This document shows positions 9,777 to 21,000 of a stretch of 64,000 nucleotides of DNA, one piece after another. The DNA is taken from contig CAZPQX010000001.1 in assembly GCA_964589445.1 (NCBI GenBank), positions 28,600 through 92,599 of the forward strand, given 5' to 3'. Each line of letters starts with the position of its first letter. Position 1 is the first letter of the stretch. The position numbers and the translations under genes were made by a program. This DNA is from an uncultured Candidatus Saccharibacteria bacterium. Lineage in GTDB: Bacteria > Patescibacteriota > Minisyncoccia > Phycocordibacterales > WO2-35-19. Under the pieces are notes generated by a model. The model was not told the DNA's origin, made no database searches, and worked only from the letters and a program-made list of their open reading frames with translations.

Positions 9777-10373
9777 ATGAATGACGATAACAACACAAGC
9801 AAAGCCCCTGAAACTCAAAAAGAGAGCTCTTCATTTTGGGAAATGGTAAGGTATCTAGTCATAGCTTCTCTCATAGTTTTCCCTTTTAGGATGTTCATAG
9901 CTCAGCCATATATAGTAAGTGGGTCTTCAATGGACCCCACCTTTGAAAATGGCGACTACCTTATAGTTGATCAGATAAGCAAAAGGTTTAGCGAACCCAA
10001 AAGAGAATCAGTGCTTATCATCCGTTACCCGGTCGATCCTTCCAAGTTTTTTATAAAAAGACTCATAGGATTCCCCAACGAAACAATAGAAATAAAAAAT
10101 GGCATTGTGACGATATTCAACGAAAGTCACCCAGAAGGATTTTCTCTCGACAATTCATACATAGAGCACAAAAAGAGTGACAGTTTCTCGATAAAACTCG
10201 GCGATTCCGAATATTTCGTCATGGGAGATAATAGAGCAAACAGCTCAGATTCGAGAGTTTGGGGCCCCCTTCCAAGTGAAGATATTGTGGGCAAACCGAT
10301 ACTTCGCTTGTTCCCAATCAAAAAGATTGGTATCCTTCCTGGCGAGGTAAACAATAATGAAGGACAAAAATAA
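9777..10373 (+). CDS. lepB: Signal peptidase I
   Basis: SGSSMDPT (catalytic Ser), FIKRLIG (Lys) and GDNRANSSDSR; start placed at ATG 9777. Confidence 0.95.
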   Translation: MNDDNNTSKAPETQKESSSFWEMVRYLVIASLIVFPFRMFIAQPYIVSGSSMDPTFENGDYLIVDQISKRFSEPKRESVLIIRYPVDPSKFFIKRLIGFPNETIEIKNGIVTIFNESHPEGFSLDNSYIEHKKSDSFSIKLGDSEYFVMGDNRANSSDSRVWGPLPSEDIVGKPILRLFPIKKIGILPGEVNNNEGQK

Positions 10374-11496
10374 GGCTAAAAAAGAGGAAAAACTGAGCAA
10401 TGAAGCCAAAATTGCTCGTTTTTTCGGTTTCAAAAAGGTGGCTGCACCAGAGCTTATAAAGGCTGATTTTGATGCGGTGAAGAAGCTCGAACCGTCTGTA
10501 TTCCCCGAAGAGAAGGCTGCTATACTCCGTATGTATTTTGAGGAAAAAAAGAACGGAAATCACAGCGTAGGGAATATTTATATTGAAAAACCATTCCCAG
10601 GTTCAAAAGACACTTCCAAAAAGTCTGGGAGACTCGATGTCGATCTTTTTTCTATCAGCTCCCCCAAATATGTCTCTGAATGTTTGATCATTCTGACTTC
10701 CATACAAATACTTGAGGAGATAGGCCACAAAGACATGGAGGTGCGCATAAATTCAATAGGCGACAAAGACTCCATAAATTCATTTCAAAGAAATCTGACT
10801 TCTTACATAAGAAAAAATATCTCTCTCTTCCCTAGTGATTTGCGTCAGGTAATAAAAAAAGATCAATTTGTACTTCTAAGGGAAAAACACGAAGGCTGGG
10901 AAAAGTTTCAAAATGAATGTCCTAAACCAGTCGACTTTCTTTCTGAGGCAAGCAGAACACATTTTAAGCAAGTACTCGAGTTTCTAGAGGTCATGAACAT
11001 AAACTACTCCCTAGACCACTCTCTCCTTGGAGATTTCGAAATAGGTTCTGAAACTGTTTTTGCAATAGAAAACACAGAAAGACTCGCATATGGTTTCCGC
11101 TTAAATAGACTAGCAAAAAAGGTTGGATACAAAAAAGATTTGCCGGTTTGTTTTATCAATATTTCTGCAAAAATCATAAAACAAAGCAAAACTTCTAAGG
11201 TAAGTAATGGAAACCCAAAATTCTTCTTGATCCAATTTGGAAATGAAGCTCGTCTCCAAAGTTTCCTCATTCTAAGGCAAGTATTCGATGCAAAAGTTAA
11301 TATTCTCCACCTTTTAGAGAAAGATAGGCTAGACGAGCAGATGTATATAGCCGAAAAATCTGGTGTGCCTTATATCATGCTCGTAGGTCAAAAAGAGGCT
11401 CTAGACCAGGTGGTAGTCATAAGGAATGTAGCCACAAGATCCCAGGAGACGATTGCCCTCTCATCTATAGCTGATAAGGCAAAGGAGCTATCGTAA
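10357..11496 (+). CDS. Degenerate histidyl-tRNA synthetase-like protein with C-terminal anticodon-binding domain
   Basis: INSIGD and HFKQVLEFLE segments and the class IIa anticodon domain (MLVGQKEA...VVIRN); class II motifs 2 and 3 not recognisable. Confidence 0.6.
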   Translation: MKDKNKAKKEEKLSNEAKIARFFGFKKVAAPELIKADFDAVKKLEPSVFPEEKAAILRMYFEEKKNGNHSVGNIYIEKPFPGSKDTSKKSGRLDVDLFSISSPKYVSECLIILTSIQILEEIGHKDMEVRINSIGDKDSINSFQRNLTSYIRKNISLFPSDLRQVIKKDQFVLLREKHEGWEKFQNECPKPVDFLSEASRTHFKQVLEFLEVMNINYSLDHSLLGDFEIGSETVFAIENTERLAYGFRLNRLAKKVGYKKDLPVCFINISAKIIKQSKTSKVSNGNPKFFLIQFGNEARLQSFLILRQVFDAKVNILHLLEKDRLDEQMYIAEKSGVPYIMLVGQKEALDQVVVIRNVATRSQETIALSSIADKAKELS

Positions 11497-11544
11497 GTCC
11501 CCTATTTACATTATAAACTGTTTTATGTTAATATAATTCCCGAT

Positions 11545-11781
11545 ATGGCAACAAACGTAGAAGTCACAAAAAACGGCTCCGAAAACAATCTTGGAGTTAT
11601 AAGGAAATTTACAAAAAGAGTTCAGGGCTCAGGCATTTTGTCTAGACTCCGAAGCAAAAGATACAGCTCCCGCAAACTATCCGAATACGTAAAAAAGAAG
11701 AAAGCCCTAAAGAGGATAACCAGAAAAGAAGAAGTAAGAAACCTCATAAAGATGGGCAAGATGCAAGGAAACATCGACTAA
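11545..11781 (+). CDS. rpsU: 30S ribosomal protein S21-like
   Basis: Small basic protein, IRKFTKRVQGSGIL...RY pattern. Confidence 0.7.
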   Translation: MATNVEVTKNGSENNLGVIRKFTKRVQGSGILSRLRSKRYSSRKLSEYVKKKKALKRITRKEEVRNLIKMGKMQGNID

Positions 11782-11808
11782 ATTATAGATTTTAGAAAAT
11801 AGACAGTA

Positions 11809-12162
11809 GTGGATAAAAGCAAAGATACAACTTCATTGGTTGAAACAATTAAAGAAGAAATCCTAGGGAAAGCTTACGAGCTTTCTTTTGCGTTCATAGA
11901 GGCACCGGAGATGCAAAAGCTAAATAAAGAGTATCGAGACAAAGACTACCCCACCGACATACTCTCCTTCCCTCTTTCAGATACAGCAGGCGAGATTTTG
12001 ATATGCAAAGAAGTGGCAGCAGAAAAATCAAAAGATTTTGATATGTCAGAAAGTGATTATTTAGTCTTCCTTGTTATCCACGGCCTACTACACCTTAAAG
12101 GCTATGATCATGGTCAGGAAATGGAATCTCTCGAAAAAAAATACTTGGCCAAATTTAAGTAA
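11809..12162 (+). CDS. ybeY: rRNA maturation endoribonuclease YbeY
   Basis: LNKEYR, PTDILSF and HGLLHLKGYDH motifs. Confidence 0.95.
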   Translation: MDKSKDTTSLVETIKEEILGKAYELSFAFIEAPEMQKLNKEYRDKDYPTDILSFPLSDTAGEILICKEVAAEKSKDFDMSESDYLVFLVIHGLLHLKGYDHGQEMESLEKKYLAKFK

Positions 12163-12233
12163 AATTAAATTTTCTTCATAAATCAACAGGTAAATTTGTA
12201 ACTATCATTAAAAGTATAGTAAAATTTGGTGAT

Positions 12234-13430
12234 ATGAGTTCTCGATATACAGTAGGTATAGATATAGGTACATATGAAGTAAAAGTTGTTGTAGCTCTAC
12301 ATACAGAAGAAAGTCCATTGCCTAAAATAGTTGGCACAGGCAGAAGCGAATCAAAAGGTCTTCGTCATGGCTACACCATCAATATGAGTGATGTGGCAAA
12401 GAGTGTCAGAGTGGCAGTAGCTCAAGCAGAAAAATCTTCAGGTATCCAAATAAAAGACGCTTTTATATCAATAGGAGGTGTGGGTCTTTCGAGTATCAAT
12501 TCAAATGGTTCGTGTATAGTGGCAAGAGCTGATCAAAAAATAACAGAAGCAGATTTAGATGCAGCCCTATCAGCTGCAGAAGAGTCAATACCACAAAGCC
12601 TTACTCAAAACAGAAAGATAATTTACTCCATACCAGTGGCTTGGAGGATAGATGGCAAAAATGTATTAGGAAGAGTGCTTGGTATGAAGGGTGTAAAACT
12701 CGAAGTAAAAGTACTTTTTGTAAGTTGCTTAGAACATCACCTTGACGACTTGGTAGAAGCAGTAGAAGAGGCTGGTGTGAGGGTGATAGACGTTGTTGCT
12801 TCCCCTATCGCTGCCTCTTTCGCCATTCTTTCAAAGAGCCAGAGGATAGCTGGATGCGTGCTTGCAAATATTGGAGCTGAGACAGTGTCTATGGTTGTAT
12901 TTGAAAATCAAATCCCCGTCTCCCTTGAGGTTTTTGGTATAGGCGGAAATGATATAACCAACGACATAGCTCTTGGGCTAAAAATTTCTCTCGAAGAAGC
13001 AGAATCAATCAAACTCGGAGGTATCACTTCTACAAATTATTCAAGAAAAAGACTTGAAGAAATAGTCTCTGCGAGACTCGGTGATATTTTTGAACTTATC
13101 GAAGTCCACCTCAAAAAAATTGGTAAGTCTGGACTGTTGCCAGCCGGGATAATTATCACAGGAGGTTCTTCTTCTATCGGAGCAATCGAAGACTTGGCTA
13201 GGAGCTACCTTAAACTTCCTTCACGCACAGCCTCATTAAATTTTGGTTCTCTCCAAGGAAGTAACGGTAATTCAAAATTTCAAATAAAAGATTCTTCCTG
13301 GTCAGTGTCATACGGCCTTTGTATAGTCGGCAATATGCCCGAAGAAAGTAGTGAAAGCTTAGGGCTCAAAAAACAAGGAAAAGATATTTTCAAAAAAGTA
13401 CTCGATATCATAAAACAATTTCTGCCTTAA
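12234..13430 (+). CDS. ftsA: Cell division protein FtsA
   Basis: GIDIGT, IGGNDITNDI and IITGGSS; directly upstream of ftsZ. Confidence 0.95.
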   Translation: MSSRYTVGIDIGTYEVKVVVALHTEESPLPKIVGTGRSESKGLRHGYTINMSDVAKSVRVAVAQAEKSSGIQIKDAFISIGGVGLSSINSNGSCIVARADQKITEADLDAALSAAEESIPQSLTQNRKIIYSIPVAWRIDGKNVLGRVLGMKGVKLEVKVLFVSCLEHHLDDLVEAVEEAGVRVIDVVASPIAASFAILSKSQRIAGCVLANIGAETVSMVVFENQIPVSLEVFGIGGNDITNDIALGLKISLEEAESIKLGGITSTNYSRKRLEEIVSARLGDIFELIEVHLKKIGKSGLLPAGIIITGGSSSIGAIEDLARSYLKLPSRTASLNFGSLQGSNGNSKFQIKDSSWSVSYGLCIVGNMPEESSESLGLKKQGKDIFKKVLDIIKQFLP

Positions 13431-13522
13431 ATTTAGAACACAAAACTCCATTCTTACAAGTTTTGTAATTAAGGGCTTTTTTTGGTATTATCGAGGTGAT
13501 TGATATTTAATTTAAAGATTTT

Positions 13523-14755
13523 ATGCCTCAAATAAAGCCAGAAGTAGAATCATTTGCGCGAATAAAGGTGCTTGGCGTCGGAGGTTCCGGAAAGAACGCC
13601 GTCAACCATATGATAAATTCCAAAGTTAAGGGAGTTGATTTTGTTGCTGTAAATACAGACGCTCAGGATTTACACTATTCTGAAGCAAAAAGAAAGATAC
13701 ATATAGGTAAAAACCTTACTCGTGGACTCGGTACCGGCATGAACCCAGAGCTAGGTAAAAGAGCAGTAGAAGAAACAAAAGAAGAAATCCAAGAAGCTAT
13801 AAAAGGAGCTGATATGGTTTTTATAGCCTGTGGATTAGGCGGTGGTACAGGCACAGGAGCAGCCCCAATAATCGCCCAGACAGCAAAAGAGCTCGGCACA
13901 CTCACAGTAGCAGTGGTGACTAAACCTTTTTCATTTGAAGGAAGCCAGAGGATGAGACTTGCGGAAGCAGGATTAGAGGAACTTAAGAGATCCGTTGATG
14001 CTCTTATCGTCATACCAAACGACAGACTACTTGCAACGATAAGCAAAGAAACCACAGCGAGAAATGCCTTCGCGATGTGTGATGAAATATTAAAGCAAGC
14101 CGTCGAAGGTATCTCAGACCTCATCACAACTCCAGGTATCATCAACATAGACTTTGCCGACATCAAGGCAGTCATGGAGGGCGCTGGTGGTGCACTTATG
14201 GGTATAGGTAGAGCTAGCGGCGAAAATCGAGCCGTAGAAGCAGCTAAACTCGCTATCAATTCCCCACTTCTCGAAGTATCTATCAATGGCGCCAAGGGAG
14301 TACTCTTCTCTATTGCAGGAGGTGACGACCTTACAATGTTTGAGATACATGATGCAGCCAAACTCATTACCGAGTCAGCAGATCCAAATGCAAAGATAAT
14401 ATTCGGTACAGTAAGAGACGAAAAACTCAAGAAAGGTGAGGTTAAAATTACAGTCATCGCTTCAGGTTTCCCTGAAAACTTCTCTTCTGTTAGGCCAATT
14501 CCATTTGAAGACAGACCTTTAAACAATAACGAGGATGATAATCAAACAAAGGGTAAAATATTTAACTCAATGTTTGGTGGTAACAAAGAAAAAGAGAGGC
14601 CAGTAGAAAAAGAAAGGGAGAGGGAGAGAGAAGAAATACAAAGAGAAGAGCCTACTACCCCACCAGAAGAAAAGAAATCAAACGTGATAATAGAAGAAGA
14701 CGAAGACGAATGGGGTGCTGTACCAGCCTTCCTAAGGAGAAGTAAGTTAAAATAA
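13523..14755 (+). CDS. ftsZ: Cell division protein FtsZ
   Basis: GGGTGTG tubulin signature, INIDFAD and C-terminal VPAFLRR. Confidence 0.98.
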   Translation: MPQIKPEVESFARIKVLGVGGSGKNAVNHMINSKVKGVDFVAVNTDAQDLHYSEAKRKIHIGKNLTRGLGTGMNPELGKRAVEETKEEIQEAIKGADMVFIACGLGGGTGTGAAPIIAQTAKELGTLTVAVVTKPFSFEGSQRMRLAEAGLEELKRSVDALIVIPNDRLLATISKETTARNAFAMCDEILKQAVEGISDLITTPGIINIDFADIKAVMEGAGGALMGIGRASGENRAVEAAKLAINSPLLEVSINGAKGVLFSIAGGDDLTMFEIHDAAKLITESADPNAKIIFGTVRDEKLKKGEVKITVIASGFPENFSSVRPIPFEDRPLNNNEDDNQTKGKIFNSMFGGNKEKERPVEKEREREREEIQREEPTTPPEEKKSNVIIEEDEDEWGAVPAFLRRSKLK

Positions 14756-14850
14756 AAAGTAACAATCAAAACTCCCTGAAAAGGGATTTTTGATTTTCAA
14801 TGTATCTTGTATAATTAGTTAAAATTAAAATAATCATCGAATTTAAAGAT

Positions 14851-15777
14851 ATGCACGAACTAATCATTATTGGTGGAGGTCCAGCGGGGGCGGCTGCGGG
14901 AGTTTATGCTGCAAGAAAAAAGATAAAGACTCTTCTAATAACAGATACCTGGGGTGGCCAGAGCTCTGAGTCCGTTGGTATCCAAAATTGGATAGGAAAC
15001 ATAGAAATACCAGGTGTTGAATTTGGTAAACTTCTCAAAAATCATGTAGTTCACTACAAAGAAGACTCTGTTGAGATAAAAGAGAATGAAAAGGTGACAG
15101 AAATTTCAAAACAGGATGGTGGTTTTTTAGTAAAGACAGACAAGGGTGAGTATCTATCCAAAACAGTACTTATAGGTACCGGGAGCTACAGAAGGAAACT
15201 CGATATACCTGGAGCAAAGGATTATGAGAATAAAGGCATAGTCTACTGTGCTTCTTGTGATGGGCCTCTTTTTGCCGGCCAAGATGTCGCAGTCATAGGT
15301 GGAGGCAATGCAGGCTTCGAATCAGCCGCACAACTACTTGCCTACTGTAATAGTGTAACTCTATTAAACCGCAGCGATAAATTTAGAGCTGACCCTGTGA
15401 CGGTAGAAAGTATAAAAAAGAATCCAAAAATGACTGTCCTTACAAATGCTGTGCCAGTAGAAGTAAAAGGAGATAAGTTCGTTAATACTTTAGTTTATGA
15501 AGACACTACCTCAAAAGAAAAGAGAGAACTAAAAGTAACAGGGGTCTTTGTAGAAATTGGCCTACTTCCTACTACTTGGTTTGCAGAAAAAACAGGCGTA
15601 GAGATGAACGACATAAAACAGATCAAAGTAGACCCAAAAAACCAGAGGACAAGCGTACGTGGCCTCTGGGCAGCCGGAGACTGCACTGACGGTCTCTTCC
15701 ACCAAAACAATATTGCTGCGGGAGACGCAGTCAAGGCTCTCGAAGATATCTATTTGGAGCTTCAGAGAATGAAGTAG
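14851..15777 (+). CDS. trxB: Thioredoxin reductase / AhpF-like disulfide reductase
   Basis: IIGGGPAG, redox CASC, IGGGNAG and TSVRGLWAAGD. Confidence 0.85.
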   Translation: MHELIIIGGGPAGAAAGVYAARKKIKTLLITDTWGGQSSESVGIQNWIGNIEIPGVEFGKLLKNHVVHYKEDSVEIKENEKVTEISKQDGGFLVKTDKGEYLSKTVLIGTGSYRRKLDIPGAKDYENKGIVYCASCDGPLFAGQDVAVIGGGNAGFESAAQLLAYCNSVTLLNRSDKFRADPVTVESIKKNPKMTVLTNAVPVEVKGDKFVNTLVYEDTTSKEKRELKVTGVFVEIGLLPTTWFAEKTGVEMNDIKQIKVDPKNQRTSVRGLWAAGDCTDGLFHQNNIAAGDAVKALEDIYLELQRMK

Positions 15778-15931
15778 CAGATTCTCAAATATTGTTGAGG
15801 TATGTTCTATAAAAAACCTTGAACCACTAAAGAAAAAGTTGTTTCAAGGGATAGAAGTGTTTTTTAGAGAATATACCGAATAAAATATTTGAGAATAGGC
15901 ACGCTCAAGAACTATTTTTGTTTTTTAAAAT

Positions 15932-17164
15932 TTACTTCCTAGAAACGTCCTTTATTTCTTTAGAGATTATATCTTCTGCATCAGTCAAATCGTCATCAAA
16001 CTTCTCCAAAAACTCAATTTCCTCTTTTGTTAGTTTGCGCTTAAATTCTGCCTTTCTTAATTTTTGAATATATTCTCTTAGGTCACTGTGCAATATATCA
16101 AACGACTTACCGAGGACTTTTTCTGCCTCGAGACTTTCCTTTTTAACCCTTCTGTAGAGGTTGAAGAATTTATACCATCCATACATAATCAAGAGTATAA
16201 ATATTATGACGAGTATTGCTGCGGGTATCAATACTTTCATTAGGCCGATGGTATATGAGCCAATACTCAATATTAGGGGCTTTTCTACAAATATATTTAT
16301 ATTTTGAGATGATAGAGTTATATTTTTATCATCCGCAAGAGCTTCTACCCAAACAGTATAGTTACCTTCTTTTAATATCGGTTGACTAATAAAACTAAAC
16401 TGATAGTAGCTGTTTGTTTTTACTTGGTGAGTTTGTACCAACCCATCCTTGTCCTTTAATGATATTTTGAGTAGACCATACTTATAAGGAGCTGTTCCTG
16501 ATATCTCTATACTCTCATTAACTTTAATTTTAGAGGGGTATAAATCTATATTTAATGGTGGGGCTATCTCACTATCTGTAGACTCTGGTTCATTTTTTGT
16601 TTTTTCTTCGACAGGAAGGAGTGCAGGTTTAGGCTCTTCTACAGGAACAGGCTTTACTGGCTCTACAGCTGGCAAGTTTATTATATTTATTTGTGAATTG
16701 CTGGTGCCAGAGATGATATCTGTACCCAATCCATCGTTTTCTCTAACAGCTGAGTTCGAAAATATTATTGAAGCTAAGCCAGTTTTTTTTGCCCTAAAAA
16801 TAATAGACACAATATTTCCATTACCACCTGTAAATCCAGGGTTAGGCACTCCGCCATTAAAAGTTATTTGGCCGACACTATTTGAAAAGCCTGGCTCCTC
16901 CACCCACAAAGAAAAGATTGAAGATCTTTTATCAATCGAAACTACTTCTAACAAATCTTTCGGAAATTGAATTATACTTTCTGCATTGTTTATTACCTTA
17001 CCTAGAGTGTCGACTGTAATTTGGATATTTATTATATTACCAACTGAAACCTCATTTTGTGACGGTCTCATTTGCAAAAAAGCAGCATCTACTTTTTGAT
17101 TGAAAGAGAAGAAAAATATTGCAAAAAATACCGCTATCAATAACTTACTGTTTAACAATTTCAT
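15932..17164 (-). CDS. Membrane-anchored cohesin-domain protein (signal, cohesin, Pro-rich linker, Ig-like, TM, cytoplasmic helix)
   Basis: INNAESIIQFPKDLLEV...SIFSLWVEEP...FNGGVPNPG...ENDGLGT, a pattern typical of CPR cohesin-like domains; TM near the C-terminus. Confidence 0.75.
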   Translation of the reverse strand: MKLLNSKLLIAVFFAIFFFSFNQKVDAAFLQMRPSQNEVSVGNIINIQITVDTLGKVINNAESIIQFPKDLLEVVSIDKRSSIFSLWVEEPGFSNSVGQITFNGGVPNPGFTGGNGNIVSIIFRAKKTGLASIIFSNSAVRENDGLGTDIISGTSNSQINIINLPAVEPVKPVPVEEPKPALLPVEEKTKNEPESTDSEIAPPLNIDLYPSKIKVNESIEISGTAPYKYGLLKISLKDKDGLVQTHQVKTNSYYQFSFISQPILKEGNYTVWVEALADDKNITLSSQNINIFVEKPLILSIGSYTIGLMKVLIPAAILVIIFILLIMYGWYKFFNLYRRVKKESLEAEKVLGKSFDILHSDLREYIQKLRKAEFKRKLTKEEIEFLEKFDDDLTDAEDIISKEIKDVSRK

Positions 17165-18041
17165 TTTTTACTTTTCTCATTTTTATAAAGACAAAAATGA
17201 GAATTATTATAAATATAGCCACAAAAGGATAGTAAGTATTTTTGGAATCAGGACTATATACTGACTCTGTGACATTTAAAGCAAAATCATAAGCCTTAAC
17301 GACTATTTTTAGGGATTCATCTTGTTTCTGTAAAACGTATGTATTTCCACTACGAACTGGGGGCAAATCCCCTTCTATAACCTCGTAGTAAGCCACTCCA
17401 GATTCATCATCTACTGTATTAAAAGATAAAAATTTTCGCCCATCAAAAACAGAACCTTCTTGTCCTAAATATATCTCAAAAGAGTTTGGGGGAGTTTGAT
17501 CTTTTTGTAGTATACGAGGCCATTCATCGCGAGACTCAAAGCCTTCTGGTTTTGGCAAAATATTTAATTCAAAATTATCTGTACTTACAGCGTCCTTAGT
17601 GCCCTTCCCGTCATTTAGATAGGCATTGATTTCGGATGTTTTGAATGTTACTTTTCCAGGCTTATCAAGGTTTAGGATTATTTTAAAAACAACCAAATCT
17701 TTAGAGTTGATACCATCTGGTATACCTCCGATAAAAGATACTTCTTTTTCGTTCATCGAGAGTGAAGGTTTTTGGGGCCAAAGAGAAAAAGCAGAGCCTG
17801 CAACACTTAAATCTCCGACTGAAATATTCTTTGATGCATAATCAAAGAATATTTTTCCCTCTATAGCGTTTATTTCCTTACCTTCTGAATCAGCTCTGAC
17901 ATCCACTACTATATTGTCTCCCACAAAAAAATCTTTTTCTTTTGTATCAAAGAATAATGTAGTAGCTGAGACAAAAGAAGGAGCAAACACCAAGCCCACA
18001 AGAACGATGAAAAATATTTTTTTGTTTGATAATTTATTCAT
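17145..18041 (-). CDS. Membrane-anchored cohesin-domain protein
   Basis: INAIEGKIFF...SAFSLWPQKP...FIGGIP...LNDGKGT, an Ig-like DDESGVAYYEV segment and a C-terminal TM. Confidence 0.75.
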   Translation of the reverse strand: MNKLSNKKIFFIVLVGLVFAPSFVSATTLFFDTKEKDFFVGDNIVVDVRADSEGKEINAIEGKIFFDYASKNISVGDLSVAGSAFSLWPQKPSLSMNEKEVSFIGGIPDGINSKDLVVFKIILNLDKPGKVTFKTSEINAYLNDGKGTKDAVSTDNFELNILPKPEGFESRDEWPRILQKDQTPPNSFEIYLGQEGSVFDGRKFLSFNTVDDESGVAYYEVIEGDLPPVRSGNTYVLQKQDESLKIVVKAYDFALNVTESVYSPDSKNTYYPFVAIFIIILIFVFIKMRKVKNEIVKQ

Positions 18042-18043
18042 GT

Positions 18044-21000
18044 TTATTTTTTACTTCCCCATTCGTATAACATTATAGAGAAGTCCACCGAGTTCACTTT
18101 ATTGTCTTTGTTGATGTCTACGCAAGGATTTTTGAATGGTTGTAAGGTCTGCCAAAATGAAAGTAGTATTGAAAAGTCTACAGAGTTTACTTTTCTGTCT
18201 GCGTTGAAGTCCGAACCATTACAAGCATTTGGGGAAATAGTTGGGATGATAGGGGTAGCCACAGAGCCACCACCACTTCCTCCCCCACCACCTCCACTTC
18301 CACCACCATTAGATCCCCCACTGCCAGCAACCGCACTAAATGATCGGGAAGCGCTTGAACTTTCTATACCATAATACACCTTCACTTTAAAGAAGTAGTC
18401 CCCTGTACTTGGCACGTCAGCACTCAAGGTGGTATCGAAGTCTTCTCCTGGGTTTATAAATTTAGCAGCTAGTGAGTAGAAGACGTCATCCCCGCCTCCA
18501 CAAGTATTATTTACATTAGAGACAACACACCACTCATATTGATACTCTGCACCATTTGAACCTTCGTTTGTTATGGTGACATCTGCGGCTACCACAGGGA
18601 CAGTGTTATCAGAGATACCCCTAATGATAACTTGTGGTGGGTTTGATGTGACCGTCCAGTAGTCATTGCCTGGCAAAGTTTTACCTGATTCAACTGTGGC
18701 TGAGAACACACTTTCCCATGTGCCAGCTGCAGCGTCGTTTGCTGTAGTGTATGAATACGTGTAAGTACCTACACCAGTCCTTGTCATTGCTACATTATTT
18801 ACTACTACATTACGACTTGGATCATAGATAGTGACAGTAGGTGTGCTGAGTGAGTCAGTAAGTGTGCCGTCGTAGATAGTGGTGACTGTAGCTAAGTAAT
18901 TAGACCCAGCTGAGATCGTGCCGAAATCAGAAGTTGTGACTGTCCATGGTGACTGAGAAGAAAGTGTGAGGGATGTGAGTGTACGTGTTGAAGCATTCCA
19001 AACATCAGTCACTAATGTACCAAATGATGTGAGTGTGCGGCTTCCAGAGCTCCAAACGCTAGCTGGGATGCCGGTAATGCTTGAAAGTAGCTGGGAGACT
19101 ATAGAAGATGATGCAGTGTTGATGACAGCTGCGATTGATGTAGAAGCACTTAGGACTTTTGAATCAGTATTGGCATTTACTGCAGATGTGATACCTGAAG
19201 TTTGTGCATTTGTATTAGCATTTATGTTTGCAGCAAGAGATGTGGATGCTGTTAGTACAGCAGAGTTTGTGTTGGAGTTAACTGCATTTTGAGAGTTTGT
19301 CACCGCCGCTCCGAGCGAAGTTGATGCGCTCAAGACTTGGGAGTTTGTGTTGCTGTTGATATTGGCCTGTGCCGAAGTGATAGCAGCAGCTATAGAGGTT
19401 GAAGCTGTGTTTGTGTTGGCGTTTACTGCAGATGTGATGCCTGAAGTTTCGCTGTCTGTATTTGCGTTAATCTCAGATACGATCGATGACGAAGCGGTTT
19501 GGAGGTTACCGAGTGTAGCGAGTGATCCAGAGTCGAGATTAGCATCGGTGAGGCGGCGGGTGGCATAGCTCCAAACATCAGCAGCAGTGATTGAACCACC
19601 GGAGGTAATGGTCCTCGTACCATATGACCAGACGTCAGCGACTAATGTACCGAAGGAATCAAGCGTTCTCCCTCCATAGCTCCAAACGTTTGCTGGGATG
19701 CTTGTGATACTTCCAAGTACTTGAGAGACGATCGATGACGATGCCGTGTTGATGAGAGCCCCAATAGAAGTGGAGGCGCTTAGGACTCTTGAGTCAGTAT
19801 TTGCGTTTACGATGTCCACGACTGAGGTTGAGGCGTTGTTAACTCTAGTATTGGTGTTGTTATTAATACTTGTCTCGCTATTTGAAACTGCTGCTGCAAT
19901 GGATGTTGAAGCAGTTAGGACAGCTGAGTTGGTGTTTGAATTCACGAGAGCCACAACCGAAGAAGATGCATTACTTATCCTTGTGTCTGTGTTTGCATTA
20001 ACTGCACTTGTGATACCTGATGTCTGAGCATTTGTATTTGCATTTATGTTTGCAGCAAGAGACGTTGAAGCGGTTAGGATGGCAGAGTTGGTATTTGAGT
20101 TAACCTGCGAAGTGATGGATGACGAAGCTGTCTGTAGGTTTCCAAGCGTCGCCAAGGAGCCAGAATCCAGGTTTGCGTCGGTGAGGCGGCGTGTGGCAGC
20201 AGACCAAACTCCAGTTGCGGTGTCAGAGACCAGAGTACCAAAGGATGTGAGGGTGCGGCTTCCAGAGCTCCAAACGTTAGCTGGGATACCGGTAATGCTT
20301 GAAAGTAGCTGGGAAACTATAGACGAGGAGGCTGTATTCATAAAGGCTGCAAGAGAAGTTGATGCAGTCAAAACTCTTGAATCAGTGTTAGCGTTCACAG
20401 CAACTTGAGAGTTTGTCACCGCCGCTCCGAGAGAAGTTGATGCGCTCAAGACCTGAGAGTTGGTGTTGGAATTTATATTTGTTTGAGACGCGGTGATCGC
20501 GGCGGCGATACTAGATGAAGCGCTGTTTGTGTTTGCATTTACAGCACTTGTGACACCGGAAGTCTGAGTGTTTGTGTTTGCGTTGATATTTGCAGCGACA
20601 GATGTAGAAGCGGCTAATATAGCAGCGTCAGTGTTTGAGTTGACAGCAGAGGTGATGCCGGATGTTTGAGTGTTTGTATTGCTATTGATTTGCGAAGTGA
20701 TGGATGATGACGCTGTTTGAAGATTTGAGAGAGTTGCGAGAGAGCCCGAGTCGAGGGTAGCATCGCTGAGGCGGCGAGTGGCATAGCTCCAGACATCGGC
20801 CGCAGTCAATGAGCCTCCAGAAGTTATAGTCCTAGTACCATAAGACCATATGTCTGCGACTAGTGTACCGAAGGAATCAAGAGTTCTGCCTCCATAGCTC
20901 CAAACGTTTGCTGGGATAGAGGTGATACTTCCGAGTACTTGAGAGACGATGGAAGATGATGCTGTGTTAATAAGAGCTCCAAGAGAAGTTGAGGCAGTCA

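Noticed and set aside
8335-14526. Long antisense ORFs opposite rpsA (8335-8925) and ftsZ (13675-14526)
   Set aside because: Shadow frames of well-supported genes with no recognisable motifs
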